DNA from: a virus
Lineage: Duplodnaviria; Caudoviricetes
Length of the DNA stretch: 64,000 bases
Reading direction: 5' to 3' (one strand)
Virus record (IMG/VR): IMGVR_UViG_3300031994_000058
Coordinates: 1 to 64,000 of that record
Position 1 is the stretch's first letter; every line of letters begins with the position of its first letter. This document shows positions 22,602 to 33,965 of this stretch, in pieces. A program made the position numbers and the translations under genes. The notes beneath the pieces are model-generated. The model did no database searches, was not told where the DNA came from, and worked only from the letters and a program-made list of their open reading frames with translations.

Positions 22602-23321
22602 TTACCTCCAATTATAAAAACAGTTAGGAATATCCATATATTTCTGCGCCTGCTTGTCTTCACGCATCATTTCCCAAATATCATCAAAAACAACAGGTAC
22701 GAGTTCATGCATCATAACGAGGAGTGGGCATGCTACTCTATTCATATCTGGATGCGCCGGTCCCGTAGTATTCGCTGCCCTAAGCTTGAAGAAGTGCCGC
22801 CACTCTCTGTAATTTCCGGTAACGACGATTTCTGTTTTCACGCAGTTCGGAAGTACTGCCCTACACTCTTGTGGAGTGTGTCCGCTGTCTCTCAAGTAAT
22901 AATAGGCGCTCGATGCACTGGTCAAGTATTCATCGAATACCTTCTGGTCATTGAATGTAGCATCATTATACCAAAACGGTCTGATAAACACGAGTCCACC
23001 TGCCTTACCGCCATCGTTATAATCCACGTATCTGGTACTCTCTTGTGCAAACGAGAAGTGTCTATGCCTCACGATTTCATGAGACACGCCTCGGTCCGTT
23101 ACAAAACGAACTGACAGAATGGAGTGTTCAAGCATTGCATCATGGCCTCTCTTGATAAGCCCCTTGACAAAACGCTTAGAAACCTCAGGATCGCCATCGG
23201 GATTTGCACTCTCACTTTTGTAACAAGTTCTTGCCGCTTCTTCAATGAGGGTATACTCGTTACCCTTGATCGGGGTAAGGATCTCTGTATGCGGGTCAAT
23301 AATCATATGTGCTTTAGCCAT
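22602..23321 (-). CDS. thyX: FAD-dependent thymidylate synthase ThyX
   Basis: RGVSHEIVRHRHFSFAQESTRY signature (RHR-X7-S-X-R); GH.AMLEH; NYREWRHFFKLR; start taken at MAKAH. Confidence 0.95.
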   Translation of the reverse strand: MAKAHMIIDPHTEILTPIKGNEYTLIEEAARTCYKSESANPDGDPEVSKRFVKGLIKRGHDAMLEHSILSVRFVTDRGVSHEIVRHRHFSFAQESTRYVDYNDGGKAGGLVFIRPFWYNDATFNDQKVFDEYLTSASSAYYYLRDSGHTPQECRAVLPNCVKTEIVVTGNYREWRHFFKLRAANTTGPAHPDMNRVACPLLVMMHELVPVVFDDIWEMMREDKQAQKYMDIPNCFYNWR

Positions 23322-23322
23322 T

Positions 23323-23670
23323 TTAGTTTTCCTCCTTGCATTCAACATTACGCCTGCCACAGTTAGGGCAATATCTTGTAAATTCCTTTAAATCTGCGCC
23401 GCAAGCACAGCACTCGAACATGTCTGGTTCGTCTACATGTTCAATAATGTGTGTGATTGCTTCAGACTTGACACCGGTCTCAAACTCGTGGAATACAGCA
23501 TCGCCGAGATTACGAAGATTAGTATATCGATGAAACAGATTCCGAAGCGCCTCAACATGATCGGTAGTTAGACTTTCGCTTGTAAGCTCGTTTTCATAGA
23601 GTATTTTATGAAGCTCTCCAGAAAATGTCTCCTCAATAGCCTGTTCATACAGTTCCTTGAAGTCTTTCAT
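23323..23670 (-). CDS. Zn-ribbon protein, tandem paralog of 23667..24203
   Basis: DFK.LYEQAIE.TFSG.LH..LY.NELT N-terminus and C..C....YCP.CGR.N C-terminus shared. Confidence 0.7.
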   Translation of the reverse strand: MKDFKELYEQAIEETFSGELHKILYENELTSESLTTDHVEALRNLFHRYTNLRNLGDAVFHEFETGVKSEAITHIIEHVDEPDMFECCACGADLKEFTRYCPNCGRRNVECKEEN

Positions 23671-24203
23671 TCTTTCTCCTCCTTGAAATTAATATTAAAT
23701 CTGCCGCAATGCGGACAGTATTCTGTGGATTCCAAAAGTTCAGAACAACATCTTGTACATATATAAGGCAAATTCGCGTTCGTGTCGTGAATTACATCCA
23801 TGATTCTTGTAAATGCCTTCTGGCCTTCGTCACCTTTCTCACTGTCGTTAGAAGCCACGCATTTATTAAGGTTAGGGGGTGCCATATTTTCATAATCTTG
23901 TTTGGCCATTATAGCTATCGCTTTAGCAATGATGTCCATTTGATGTTCAGCGTTAATCTGTTCGATCGTCATCTCACTATCTTTTTTGCTGGCATCCATA
24001 CGATCTCGCAGTCCGTCATCTACAAATTCAGTATCACCTAATTTGCGAAGATCCTTATATCGTTGGAACAAATTGCGAAAAGCCTCTCTATTCTCCTTGG
24101 AGAGAGGCTTTTCGGTAAGCTCATTGTCATAGAGCATTCTATGAAGTTTTCCCGAAAACGTTGCCTCAATTGCCTGTTCGTACAATGTCTTGAAGTCTTC
24201 CAT
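23667..24203 (-). CDS. Zn-ribbon protein, tandem paralog of 23323..23670 with a central insertion
   Basis: Same N- and C-terminal blocks; start taken at MEDFK. Confidence 0.7.
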   Translation of the reverse strand: MEDFKTLYEQAIEATFSGKLHRMLYDNELTEKPLSKENREAFRNLFQRYKDLRKLGDTEFVDDGLRDRMDASKKDSEMTIEQINAEHQMDIIAKAIAIMAKQDYENMAPPNLNKCVASNDSEKGDEGQKAFTRIMDVIHDTNANLPYICTRCCSELLESTEYCPHCGRFNINFKEEKE

Positions 24204-24216
24204 ACATCTTCCTCCT

Positions 24217-24594
24217 TTAACCGTGCTGAACAAAAAGTCCTGTTACAGCTTTCTTAGATTCCTCTGCCAGCGCTTTACGATCAGCATTAATCTCGTCTGC
24301 CGCCACTCCGATCCATTCACTAACGGCCTCTTCGTTTTCATTTGTTACGAAATCGACCATCGAAATATTTTTGCTATGACACTCGTCCCATTTCTCAATC
24401 ATTCGATCAAGGTACCAGCGTGCTTTCTCAAGGTCCTCCTTTCCATTTTTACGAGGCGCTCGAGACACGTATTTAATTACGTTCCCAAAGTTAAATATCA
24501 TCGCTTCGGGATAGTTTTTAGAGTATTCCTCGATATAGTCGATAACTTCTATCTTTCCCTGATAGTGATTTGGGTGGTTTACCTTCTCAGCCAT
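24217..24594 (-). CDS. DUF3310 family protein
   Basis: VNHPNHYQGKIEVID...GNVIKY..RA..KNG.EDL.KA.WYL. Confidence 0.85.
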   Translation of the reverse strand: MAEKVNHPNHYQGKIEVIDYIEEYSKNYPEAMIFNFGNVIKYVSRAPRKNGKEDLEKARWYLDRMIEKWDECHSKNISMVDFVTNENEEAVSEWIGVAADEINADRKALAEESKKAVTGLFVQHG

Positions 24595-25692
24595 TGTTTT
24601 CTTCCTCCTTTAAGTGTTTAATATAGCATTCAGGATGATAGTACATTTTATCAGTTGTGTACACATGTACAAGCTCACATCGCATGGTTTTCATTCTTTC
24701 TTCTCCTTACAAATCGGTGTTCCTGGTTCCGGTGGATTAGTTAACGCATTGACAACGCCAGGCGGATATACATACAAATCGTTTAAAGACGCGAGCGGTC
24801 CGCCAATATCACAGCAAGACGGCGGCAATGGGCTGCAATATGATGGTACTGGTACGCAATAGTCGAGCTCTCTATCTCCGATTTCTTTGCGCAAAATATC
24901 AATCTTTTTATGAAGTTCTTCGCATTCTAAAGCTTGCATTGCGTTGAACTTTGCGGCGATTCTTGCCCAATTTTCGTTAACCTCTTTCTGAATATCGTCA
25001 TTCTTCATCATCGTCTTCCTCTCCATAATCATAAACCGTATAGAAAAGATGGTCTTTAAAGTCAATCTTTCCGTGATCGAAAAGAGCCTCAGTGGTTTCT
25101 TCCATATACTGGTATACTTGAGAATCGTAGCAATGCGCAATAATAGTTCCGCATTTACACAAACCTACACCAGTAACTGTTCCGAACTCATTGTACAAAA
25201 CAAGCACATCGTCAACCTCGCTGATTCTATATGAACCGAAATTATCACATTGATACCGAATAAGCATTTTAAACCTCCTGCGTAGTAAGATCGTCGATTA
25301 GAATCTCAATGTCATCAATGAGAGATTCGGCATCATTGCAGAATTTCATCTCATCATCGCTTAGAGTGTATCCTCGCTCCTCGATGAATTCCTTTAATTG
25401 CGTAAGATGCTGGTATAGCCCAGAAATATCATCGATAAAGGCGGATTTTACAAGATTATTCTCAAAGACCATTACTCTTCCTCCTCTGAAAATTCAACGT
25501 CAGTTCCAAACATGGCTCTCATATGCGTCCAGGCGTTTTTATTAGTCATGCCAATATCATGGATGACATATAGTCGCTCCCATGAATTATTGTGGTTTTG
25601 TATATAATCGAAAGTCACGCCCATATTACGGAGTCTTGTTTCGACTCTTACGCAAAGTTGTCTTGTTGTAGTTTTAATTGTTCCAGTCATAA

Positions 25693-25971
25693 TTATTTCT
25701 CCTTCACATTTAATAAATCACCAAATATAAAATCCTCATGGTGAGAATCTCGTCGAATGAACTGGTCTAAACGTAACCAATATTTACGCCAAATCGATTG
25801 TTTCTTTTGCTTTTGCATCCAGTCTCGAAGCTCTACAACATCCATAACAAATGCCTTATATGGACCAGTGTTACTTGCTGGAAAATCATCGTATTTCCTA
25901 ATCCACATCCCAACAGTATATGGGCTAATGTCAAGAATACAAGAAACATCACGAATGTTATAGAGTCTCAT
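25693..25971 (-). CDS. Helix-turn-helix DNA-binding protein
   Basis: YNIRDVSCILDISPYTVGMWIRK..FP. Confidence 0.65.
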   Translation of the reverse strand: MRLYNIRDVSCILDISPYTVGMWIRKYDDFPASNTGPYKAFVMDVVELRDWMQKQKKQSIWRKYWLRLDQFIRRDSHHEDFIFGDLLNVKEK

Positions 25972-26306
25972 TCCTTTTTCGCCTTCTTTCTATACGACTT
26001 TGGCCCGTTAAGCCCAAGTTCGTTACGCTTCTTAAAAACATATTTGTGAAATTCGATTACGTCTGGCGTACCGCAATAGAATTTGTTCGCATAGAAAGAG
26101 ACTCTACGATATCTTGGCCCCCATTTGTCAGAATTAGAATTCTTATGCTGAACGAGTAACCAAATATAAACGTCTCCAAGATAGAATTTGAACACTTTAC
26201 TGTTTCCACATTGCGGCATTCCTTGAGTAACCCAGTGTCGAATAGCTCCAGGGCTAACGTTTACGATCTCAGCAAGTTCTTTCGTGTTAAAAATAAGCTT
26301 ATCCAT
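25968..26306 (-). CDS. Helix-turn-helix DNA-binding protein
   Basis: FNTKELAEIVNVSPGAIRHWVTQGMP...FYLGDV..W. Confidence 0.7.
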   Translation of the reverse strand: MDKLIFNTKELAEIVNVSPGAIRHWVTQGMPQCGNSKVFKFYLGDVYIWLLVQHKNSNSDKWGPRYRRVSFYANKFYCGTPDVIEFHKYVFKKRNELGLNGPKSYRKKAKKE

Positions 26307-29300
26307 TATACACCACCTCCATTATTGTATACATTGATCACAACTGGCTTAGAATTTCTTGAGACAAGACTAAATATAATTGCCGCGCACGAGAGAATGC
26401 AAGCGCCAATTAAAAGCTTTTGTCCATTTTCGCCAGTCGTTGCATTATCAACCTTCTTTTTTACTTCCTTCTTAACAGCCTTAGATGATTTCTTAGCAAC
26501 CTTCTGGCATACAGAATCGATGAGTTCATCAAACATACAAATTTCCTCCTTTTAGTCCATGTGAAAATCCGTGTCTTCAAACAAATACCACCCATAACAC
26601 CATGAGGGAAGATAATCAGTATCGAAATATAAATCATCACCCTCAATATACCACTCGATCATTCCGTTGTCACCAAATTCGTATATATAGCCTATCTCAT
26701 ATGTATCGAGTAGCGATGTAAATTCTCGAAAAGCGAGAAGACTATCATCCGTTTTGGCAAATATCAATTGGAGTACCTCCTTTTAGAATATTCGCTCTCG
26801 TCTTGCAAGTCCCGGCTCCATGCCGATACCGTTGCTAACGCCGATATGAAACGCCTCAAGTATAAAAGGTGGAATCTTTATAAAGCATAAATTATCGCAT
26901 AAAACATACCATTCGAGAACACCACCAATGTTCTTATACATATAAGGAGCATCTATGTATTCGAGCCAGTCAGACAATTTACGAATAACTTTTAACGAAT
27001 CTTCCGTCCTAAGAATCGTCATTTTTAATCCTTCCTTTCAACCTCCTCATTAAGAAGTCTTTCGAGACATTTATGACAATCACCCTCGCATTCGTTCGCA
27101 TATATACCAGTAATGATGTCCCGCATACAGGTTGTTCCATTAGTCGCGTTATCGCTAAGCATATACAAGATGTCAATCATCGCCATCTTGTTCAGCTTGT
27201 CTCTCCATTTCATCCTCGCATACCCCTTTCTTTTCTTTACTATAAGCGCAAATATCAATCCAGTTCGAATAATCCCAACAGTCGAAACACTCAAATACAT
27301 CACCAGGTCCGGCATGATAACAATTGCTACAATTTCGTTCCATATTCATTGCTCCATTCAGAAAATAAAAAATGAGGGCAGTTGTAAAACCACCCTCGAC
27401 AAACCCTTAATCCTTAGCGAACATCTCTTCGACATCTGCCATCATGGATACCGCAATGTCAGGCTCTTCAATGATCGCAACATCGAGTTCGTCGCCATTG
27501 TTAAACACATAAGCGCCGTTCCCGTTATCGAGATTCATCATCATAGCACCGGTAATTGCGTCCAATCTTTGACCAGATTCAGTTACTAAGTCATGGGGTT
27601 CTGTCGGTCCGGCATACGGCCCCCATTCATTGTTCTCCACGAAAAACTTTATCGTTCCCGGAGACTGCTTCTGAATCTTCTCGCCAAGTGCACGAGCATG
27701 GATCTCCATACCATTTGTCTCGCCTCGACTCTCGCCAACCTTATACGCGATTGCTCCAGTAGCAACACTACCAAGAACCGTAGTTCCGATAGCCGTCAAT
27801 ACCGGATGCTTCTGCGTCCAGTTGTAAGTCTTGACAATGGTATCCTCGACCTTGTCTCTTACTTTCTTCAGCTTTTCATTCATATTATGTACCTCCAAAA
27901 TATAAAATTTTTCAGGCATCTCTGCCTATTAAGAGCCCTGTCTCGTTTGCGATTCGAATAATGCATCAAACTGACGAATCTCGTAATGCGAGAACCAAAA
28001 CATCTTATTTTGTTTGTTCTTTTCCCATTGATTCTCGTCGTTTGTAAGACCCAAACCGAAGTAGCACTGATATTCCTGTTCTCTTAATTTTCCAACGGCC
28101 GTTCGTAAGTAGTATCTATATCGAGAAGGATCGTTTGACGATAAATATAAAAAGTCCATGCCTGGCAAGCTATCCATAACTACAAATGGTTTGTCTTCGG
28201 TGACTATACCATCATGAATATCAACCCGACGAACGAGGTTGCAGTTATGAATGAGCCACATTTGCGTTCTATAAAAACCAATCCACGATCCATACACATC
28301 TCCGTCACCAATCCATCCGTGAAAGTCATCGACCTCGATTGGTGCTCCGTTTTCATCATAAATATAATCCGGATGGTGCATAAGCGTCGCATCGGTTTCC
28401 GGGTCGATAAGCTTTCCGTTCCTTACGATAATAGCTCCATAAATATCAGACATGACAATCCGCCTCCTTTTTAGAATGGGCATGTATGCTCTTGACAATA
28501 TCCCTCATACGGTGGATCTAAACATGTTTCGGTTTCACCAAGCCTTTCATAACACGGAGTTCCATATATAACAGGATCGCCTTTTATATACGTATCGATA
28601 ACCGTCTTCTTCTGAACCGTTAAGAAGTTATACGCATCACGAGTCATTTCCTTCACTCGGCATCCAGGCATGAGCATGTCGAGCGCATCAAGTCTAAGAT
28701 GAACCTCGTCTATAATTGTCATGACCTCATCGACAATTTGCGGGTCGTCCATCCATCCGCATTCAATGATCGTCTCGTCCTCTGAGATATATTCGGACCC
28801 ATTTAGACAACATCCACAAGGTTGCTGTGCTCCAAGTAATTCGTTGTATTTGAACACACATGTTTTACAAGGATCTTGTCCGTCATAAACCGGTTCCATA
28901 AATATCACTCCTTTTTAATTGGTAAAAAGAAAAGGGCCCTGTTTAAGAGCCCAATTCCTTCTAAGTCATTTTAACCTCCATTTTACTTAGAGCGCATTGG
29001 TCGGGATGTACGCTGGATATAATGCCTCCTTGATCACGCCATTAAGCGCCAGTTCGAGACTATCGACCTCCGCGAGAAGATCTTCGTTAAAATCCTCGCC
29101 ATCTTCGAGAATCTTAGGAAGTCCCTCTGCAAGTTTCATTGCCTCTTTTACGTGGCTGCATACGCACTTCCAAGAAGTTGCATCCTTCACATCCATAATC
29201 TTAATAACCATATGTATACCTCCAAATATAAATTTTTGGCTTTCATGCCTATTAGGAGGGCTGTTTCGTTTGCGAGACTTACTTTCTTACTTGCGACTGA

Positions 29301-29502
29301 ATATAAGCGCTTTTAAGAAGATAGGAAACAAAAATGTTATGAAAGGCATTCGCAATATCGTCCGCAGATCGATGCTCCTTCATTCGAGTTTTTGTTTGCT
29401 CAAGCTCCTTGACGAATTCTTCATTCATCTGCTTCATGAGTTCACCATATGCATTCGTGATGCCGGCAGAAGCGACAGCGTTCGTGTAATCGTCCATAAA
29501 TA

Positions 29503-29946
29503 TCAATCCTCCCAATGCATAATAAGTCTATCAAGATACCATCGAGCTTTTTTCAGATCCTCAACGCCATTCTTATGCTTGGCTCTAAGAACATATTTTA
29601 CAATATTCCCAAAGCGAAATCCATTGGCGCCGTTGTATTCCTTTCCGAATTCGTCAATAATATCAATGACTTCGAATTTTCCAGAGTTGTAATGAGACGG
29701 ATGGTTTACATTATCCGACTCATTTTCTAGAGCTGGACGAATATCAATGAGATCGATAAGATTACGTCCTTCCATTTCGCCATCAAGAATGATACCATTA
29801 GTGTATATGTAGCCCTCTCTTGTACAGTTTCTGATGTAATTGATGACCGATTCATATATAACATCATAGCTGTCTTTGTCGTCGAACATTATTGTCGGTT
29901 CGAATGAGTTCTTTACAGGTCCTTCGAACTTGAATTTAACTTTCAT
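29503..29946 (-). CDS. DUF3310 family protein (C-terminal domain)
   Basis: VNHPSHYNSGKFEVIDII...GNIVKYVLRAKHKNGVEDLKKARWYL. Confidence 0.85.
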   Translation of the reverse strand: MKVKFKFEGPVKNSFEPTIMFDDKDSYDVIYESVINYIRNCTREGYIYTNGIILDGEMEGRNLIDLIDIRPALENESDNVNHPSHYNSGKFEVIDIIDEFGKEYNGANGFRFGNIVKYVLRAKHKNGVEDLKKARWYLDRLIMHWED

Positions 29947-30633
29947 TTATTCTACTCCTTTTACTTTCTGCTTTGCACGATACTTCCAGTTATATACCTG
30001 GCTTGTCGAAATTCCAAAATAATTAGCAACGGCATAAGACTTTTCGCTACCCCATTTGTCAAGCCAAAGAGCCGCCTCCTGAGTAGTTCTGAATAATGGA
30101 TCGCCTCTCTTGACCCCTCTACGAAGACGAGTTTCCAAATCCATAATGCATTTCTTTGCATCAACCATCGGTTTCTCCGATTCTGTTACTGTGGTTACTA
30201 CTGGTTCGCTTTCTACAACCGATTCTTTAGGCTTGACATACACAGTAGTATCGTCAACGAACAACGATCTCTGAATGAGACCGATAATTGTTTCTGTGTC
30301 ATTTTCTGTGAAAGAATATAAATACTTCGTGAATTCATTAGCGCCCTTGGTCGTGATCTGAGAGATTACCATTTTTGATTCTACATCGCTAAGCGGATTG
30401 TAGAAGCAAATATCAGTGTTTCTCGTATCAGAGGACGTAATATTCGTCGTAAGGGGAACACAAGAAATCATGCTTCCGTTTACACGAACAATAAAATAGG
30501 GCCTAGAACCATTGAGCGCCTTGTGATTCGCAGCACGAAGGGCGTCCGTCACTGCCTGTTCTTCGCCACAGAACCAAACCTGCCCCTTCTTAAATTTCTG
30601 AATATTAAATTCATACTTCTTGTACATACGCAA
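29947..30633 (-). CDS. PemK/MazF-fold protein fused to a C-terminal HTH-like domain
   Basis: KGQVWF...RPYFIV...CVPLTT...SKMVISQI pattern; C-terminal AVANYFGISTSQVYNWK. Confidence 0.6.
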   Translation of the reverse strand: MRMYKKYEFNIQKFKKGQVWFCGEEQAVTDALRAANHKALNGSRPYFIVRVNGSMISCVPLTTNITSSDTRNTDICFYNPLSDVESKMVISQITTKGANEFTKYLYSFTENDTETIIGLIQRSLFVDDTTVYVKPKESVVESEPVVTTVTESEKPMVDAKKCIMDLETRLRRGVKRGDPLFRTTQEAALWLDKWGSEKSYAVANYFGISTSQVYNWKYRAKQKVKGVE

Positions 30634-30851
30634 ATCCTCCTTTTATTTACCATTACGTACGTCTTTGAGATAACAATCCGTATGCCAGTAACAATCATGC
30701 CCTGACATAACGTAGTCGTCTTCGTTAATGTTTATTTCCTTGTGGCAGCTCATGCATTCTTTTTTATAATCGTTTTGTGTATCCATTCGTCCTAGTAGTC
30801 CGGCAGCAATGATACACAGCACAATGAATATAAAGAATGTTGACTGTTTTT

Positions 30852-31142
30852 TCATTTTGTTACTCCTCTTTGTTGTATACGGTTCATCTGTCTGTTCTGT
30901 TTTATGTTTACCCACGTTTGAATCGCTTTGTCAGACAAACCGTAAATATAAATGAGATTGGAGACTGCTATTAGCACATCCCCAATCTCTTCTTCCATAT
31001 GAGACCCATTCTCCGTCCCTCGAATCTGTTTCGAGATACATTGAATCAGTTCGCTGCATTCTTCTGTTGCGTTTGTTGCCGTATCAATTTCTCCAAAATA
31101 ATCGCAAGATGCCTTGATGAGTTCTTTGTTAATATCAATCAT
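30852..31142 (-). CDS. MazG-like nucleotide pyrophosphohydrolase
   Basis: ATEECSELIQCISK...EEEIGDVLI (EE..E...EE..D acidic motif). Confidence 0.8.
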   Translation of the reverse strand: MIDINKELIKASCDYFGEIDTATNATEECSELIQCISKQIRGTENGSHMEEEIGDVLIAVSNLIYIYGLSDKAIQTWVNIKQNRQMNRIQQRGVTK

Positions 31143-31653
31143 TATTCTGTTGTGTCTCCTTTTCAACTTTATACAGTCGATGCGGAAGAACGTCTGTAAT
31201 CTTCCATTCTCCAGATGCTGTCTTGTACGGAACGAAAAGCTCGGCATCTGTCCATCCGAACTCTCTCCATTCCTGTGGAATATCATTGCTTTCCGGATAT
31301 GGCAGATGCTCGGTGACAGATCGCTCAAGCATGAACTCAGCGAATGTAACATAGCCCTCATCCTTAATCGCCTGCACGATATCGCACATTGAGGTATACG
31401 CCGATGCCTGAGTCTCAAACGTCATCGGAACGAGGTTGAAGTCATAGTCAAGTTTAACATCCTCATCGACGTTCTCGACAGCGCCTTCTCCTTTGAACTT
31501 CGTCGTGCAAATATCAAGAGACTCTGCAACTCTGTCACAAACGCCCTTAACTGTTGCTTTGATTTGATCCTTTCTCTCGACGCCGAGATTTGCAACATAT
31601 CCTACAGCAGCACCAAGACCAAACAGAATAAGACTTTTTCTTGTGTTATTCAT
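31135..31653 (-). CDS. Membrane-anchored protein with DUF6353-like C-terminal domain
   Basis: LILFGLGAAVGY helix; GYVTFAEF...GWTD. Confidence 0.55.
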   Translation of the reverse strand: MNNTRKSLILFGLGAAVGYVANLGVERKDQIKATVKGVCDRVAESLDICTTKFKGEGAVENVDEDVKLDYDFNLVPMTFETQASAYTSMCDIVQAIKDEGYVTFAEFMLERSVTEHLPYPESNDIPQEWREFGWTDAELFVPYKTASGEWKITDVLPHRLYKVEKETQQNND

Positions 31654-32098
31654 AACATAATCCTCCTTTAATCAATGTTATTCATTTTACAGAAAGCAAA
31701 ACGCTCACTATATGAATGAAGATCGTGCAAATGCTCGTTCAACGTATTCTCAATGAGATCGAGCAGTTCATCTTTTTCGGGTGTCCTTTCCAAAATATGA
31801 AAATCAATGACTACCACGGAATACCCTTCGTTGAGTTTAAGCCAGTCTTTAACGTCATTGAGTGTTGTGTTGTTGGTAATCGACGCAGCGATGAGAAATT
31901 CGTCCTCGAGACCGCGCCGAATATCATCAATTGAACTCTCTGGCGTGAAACCTCTATACCCAAGATAATCGCCCACTGCAAAACCGAAATCTTCGAAAAG
32001 ACCGAGTTTAAGTCCTTTCGCAGTGTCCGGAACCAGGTCGATAATATTATGCTTTTCTACATACATCATAACAATTTCCTCCTTTGAAAATATAAAAC

Positions 32099-32221
32099 TT
32101 ACCAACAGAAATGTCCCACAAGTAAACCAATACCAAAAGGAACGCCGAAGAGAATGACATATGCGAGAATTCGTGCAATAATATCAGTAATACTAATTTC
32201 TGGAAGTTTATCAAATTTCAT
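32099..32221 (-). CDS. 40-aa membrane peptide (absent from ORF track)
   Basis: MKFDKLPEISITDIIARILAYVILFGVPFGIGLLVGHFCW; abuts upstream stop. Confidence 0.5.
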   Translation of the reverse strand: MKFDKLPEISITDIIARILAYVILFGVPFGIGLLVGHFCW

Positions 32222-32514
32222 ATCTTACGCTCCAATCTTCAGAACTTCGTAATCAAGCCCTTCTGTAAGGGGCTCGAGCATTGCTTTGAACTCGGCATCA
32301 GAATAACTCTTCAGCTCTTTCCAGTTGAACCAGCGCTTTGTAGGAATGGGCTCCCACATAACGCCATTTACACGTACATTCAGCGCATCCTTAAGAATCA
32401 TATCCATATTATTTACCTCCTCAGATTCGGTTCGATTTCTATCGGCTCTCTCGCTAAGAAGCTCGATAGTCCTGTTCACATTGTCATCGTTATAATCCTG
32501 ATAAGTCTTAAAAC

Positions 32515-32748
32515 TCATTCGTTTGCCTCCTCGAGCTATTCATTAAACTCTTTGCAGCAATCTGTGCAAAGCTCATATGTTTTCTTTCCGAAATATCCAT
32601 CGGTAAGGTTCCATGATCCTTGGGTAATGGTGTTAAGTCCCTTAACCTTTACATTGGATCCTTGTCGATTTACCTCATAGAGGTCGAAGAATTGTCCGCA
32701 TCGGTCACACTTCGCCGCTTGTGCCATTAGAATTCCTCCTTCGGACAT
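32515..32748 (-). pseudogene. CD.CG...LC..C Zn-finger protein with in-frame TAG six codons before a TGA that overlaps the next ATG
   Basis: ...LCTDCCKEFNE*LEEANE-TGA; TAG 32536-32538; TGA 32515-32517 forms an ATGA overlap with 32225..32518. Confidence 0.45.
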
Positions 32749-33093
32749 CTTTTAATAGTCTGATAAGAAGCGTACGGTTTATCATAGCTACCATAAGGAT
32801 AGCGCCGTCTTACAGTGTCTTTTCCGTAGATACTTTCCTCAACAATTCTCGAAATACAATCCTGAATGCCTCGACGAACCTCTTCAGGAATGCATTCTTG
32901 CTTATCGATCATCGGCAAAATATCACGAAGAAACGCCACGTCTGTTTCATCACCATCAGTGAGTTCAAGCACCGTTGCAAGATTACCGAGAATGTTTCTA
33001 ATGGCAGCGTTCAGACGGACATCATGATCATCGTTACGCTTCTCTGTATACTTAACAAAATTCTCCATCATATTAATATTCCTCCTTTAAATA

Positions 33094-33717
33094 TCAATAA
33101 ATGAGATTGATTGTCTTCGCGGTATTACGGCTGAACTTCGAGTATGTAATGCGAACCAACGCACCAGCATACAAAGAACACCATGTTCCACGATCAATGT
33201 TAAATTGACGAAGCTCTCCTGTCGCATCGTTCATAACTGTAACATAACATCTGCACTCTCGACGAGTAATTTTTTCGTTTTCTTTAAGTCCCACATCGAC
33301 AAAAGCAGGCATCGAGATTTCCTGATTTGGACCATAGGTATTTGAACGCTTCAAATTTCGCATAGGAACCCATTTCTTAATCTCGTAATAATACTTGGTT
33401 GCATAGACAGGCTTCTCTGCGTAGGCGGTAAAACCATGCTCGTCCTTGCCAGTAGGAACCTTCTCCATCTCCTTAAACGTCCATTCAGTGCTGATAACTC
33501 TCGCGCCAGACGGAGCAGTCCATCCCGATTCCTTAACCATCTTCAGTTCTGACACTGTGACATTAGTTTCCCATCCAAGATTACGAATCTCACCAGTGAT
33601 TTCGATCGGCTGAGAATCCTTGATGAGATAAGCGAGACCGCCTGCGAGAACTCCGCAGATAGCCGTAGCAACCTTGTGCTCCTTTACAAAGCTTACGATA
33701 TTACCAAATGTACTCAT
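33094..33717 (-). CDS. Membrane-anchored hypothetical protein
   Basis: N-terminal helix VATAICGVLAGGLAYLI; PVYATKYYYEI..W. Confidence 0.6.
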   Translation of the reverse strand: MSTFGNIVSFVKEHKVATAICGVLAGGLAYLIKDSQPIEITGEIRNLGWETNVTVSELKMVKESGWTAPSGARVISTEWTFKEMEKVPTGKDEHGFTAYAEKPVYATKYYYEIKKWVPMRNLKRSNTYGPNQEISMPAFVDVGLKENEKITRRECRCYVTVMNDATGELRQFNIDRGTWCSLYAGALVRITYSKFSRNTAKTINLIY

Positions 33718-33771
33718 AATAACTTCCTCCTTTTAGTCCGTGAGTGTTTCCTACAAAAAGAAAAAAGGAAA

Positions 33772-33875
33772 GGATGACCGAGCGGTCTTCAAAACCGCGT
33801 CTCCCGCCAGATTGACCAGCGGGCGTGTTACTCTTACCATACCATTTACGTCCCTGTCAATTCAGGAAGTCATCC
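33772..33875 (-). ncRNA. 104-nt multi-arm structured RNA with its own promoter motif and U-tract
   Basis: Closing stem GGATGAC/GTCATCC; arms TTCCTG/CAGGGA, CCCGCTGG/CTGGCGGG, GCGGT-TTTGAAG-ACCGC; begins 4 nt after promoter motif 33905; followed by T-rich run; no ORF with RBS. Confidence 0.7.
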
Positions 33876-33900
33876 ATTCCATTAAGGCGGCTGTTTATTT

Positions 33901-33965
33901 TGCGAGTCGTCACTCTCATAGAGAGGGGCGTGTGGTATCGTGTCTGAAATCAGACTTTTTGCGAG
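33901..33965. repeat. About 60-bp double-hairpin element, copy 1 of 4 (others 38272-38335, 40107-40170, deleted copy 42023-42053)
   Basis: GTCGTCACTCTCATAGAGAGGGGCGTGT(G/A)GTATCGTGTCTG(A/G)AATCAGACYTTTTGCGA near-identical; always directly upstream of a TCGCA promoter motif. Confidence 0.9.
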
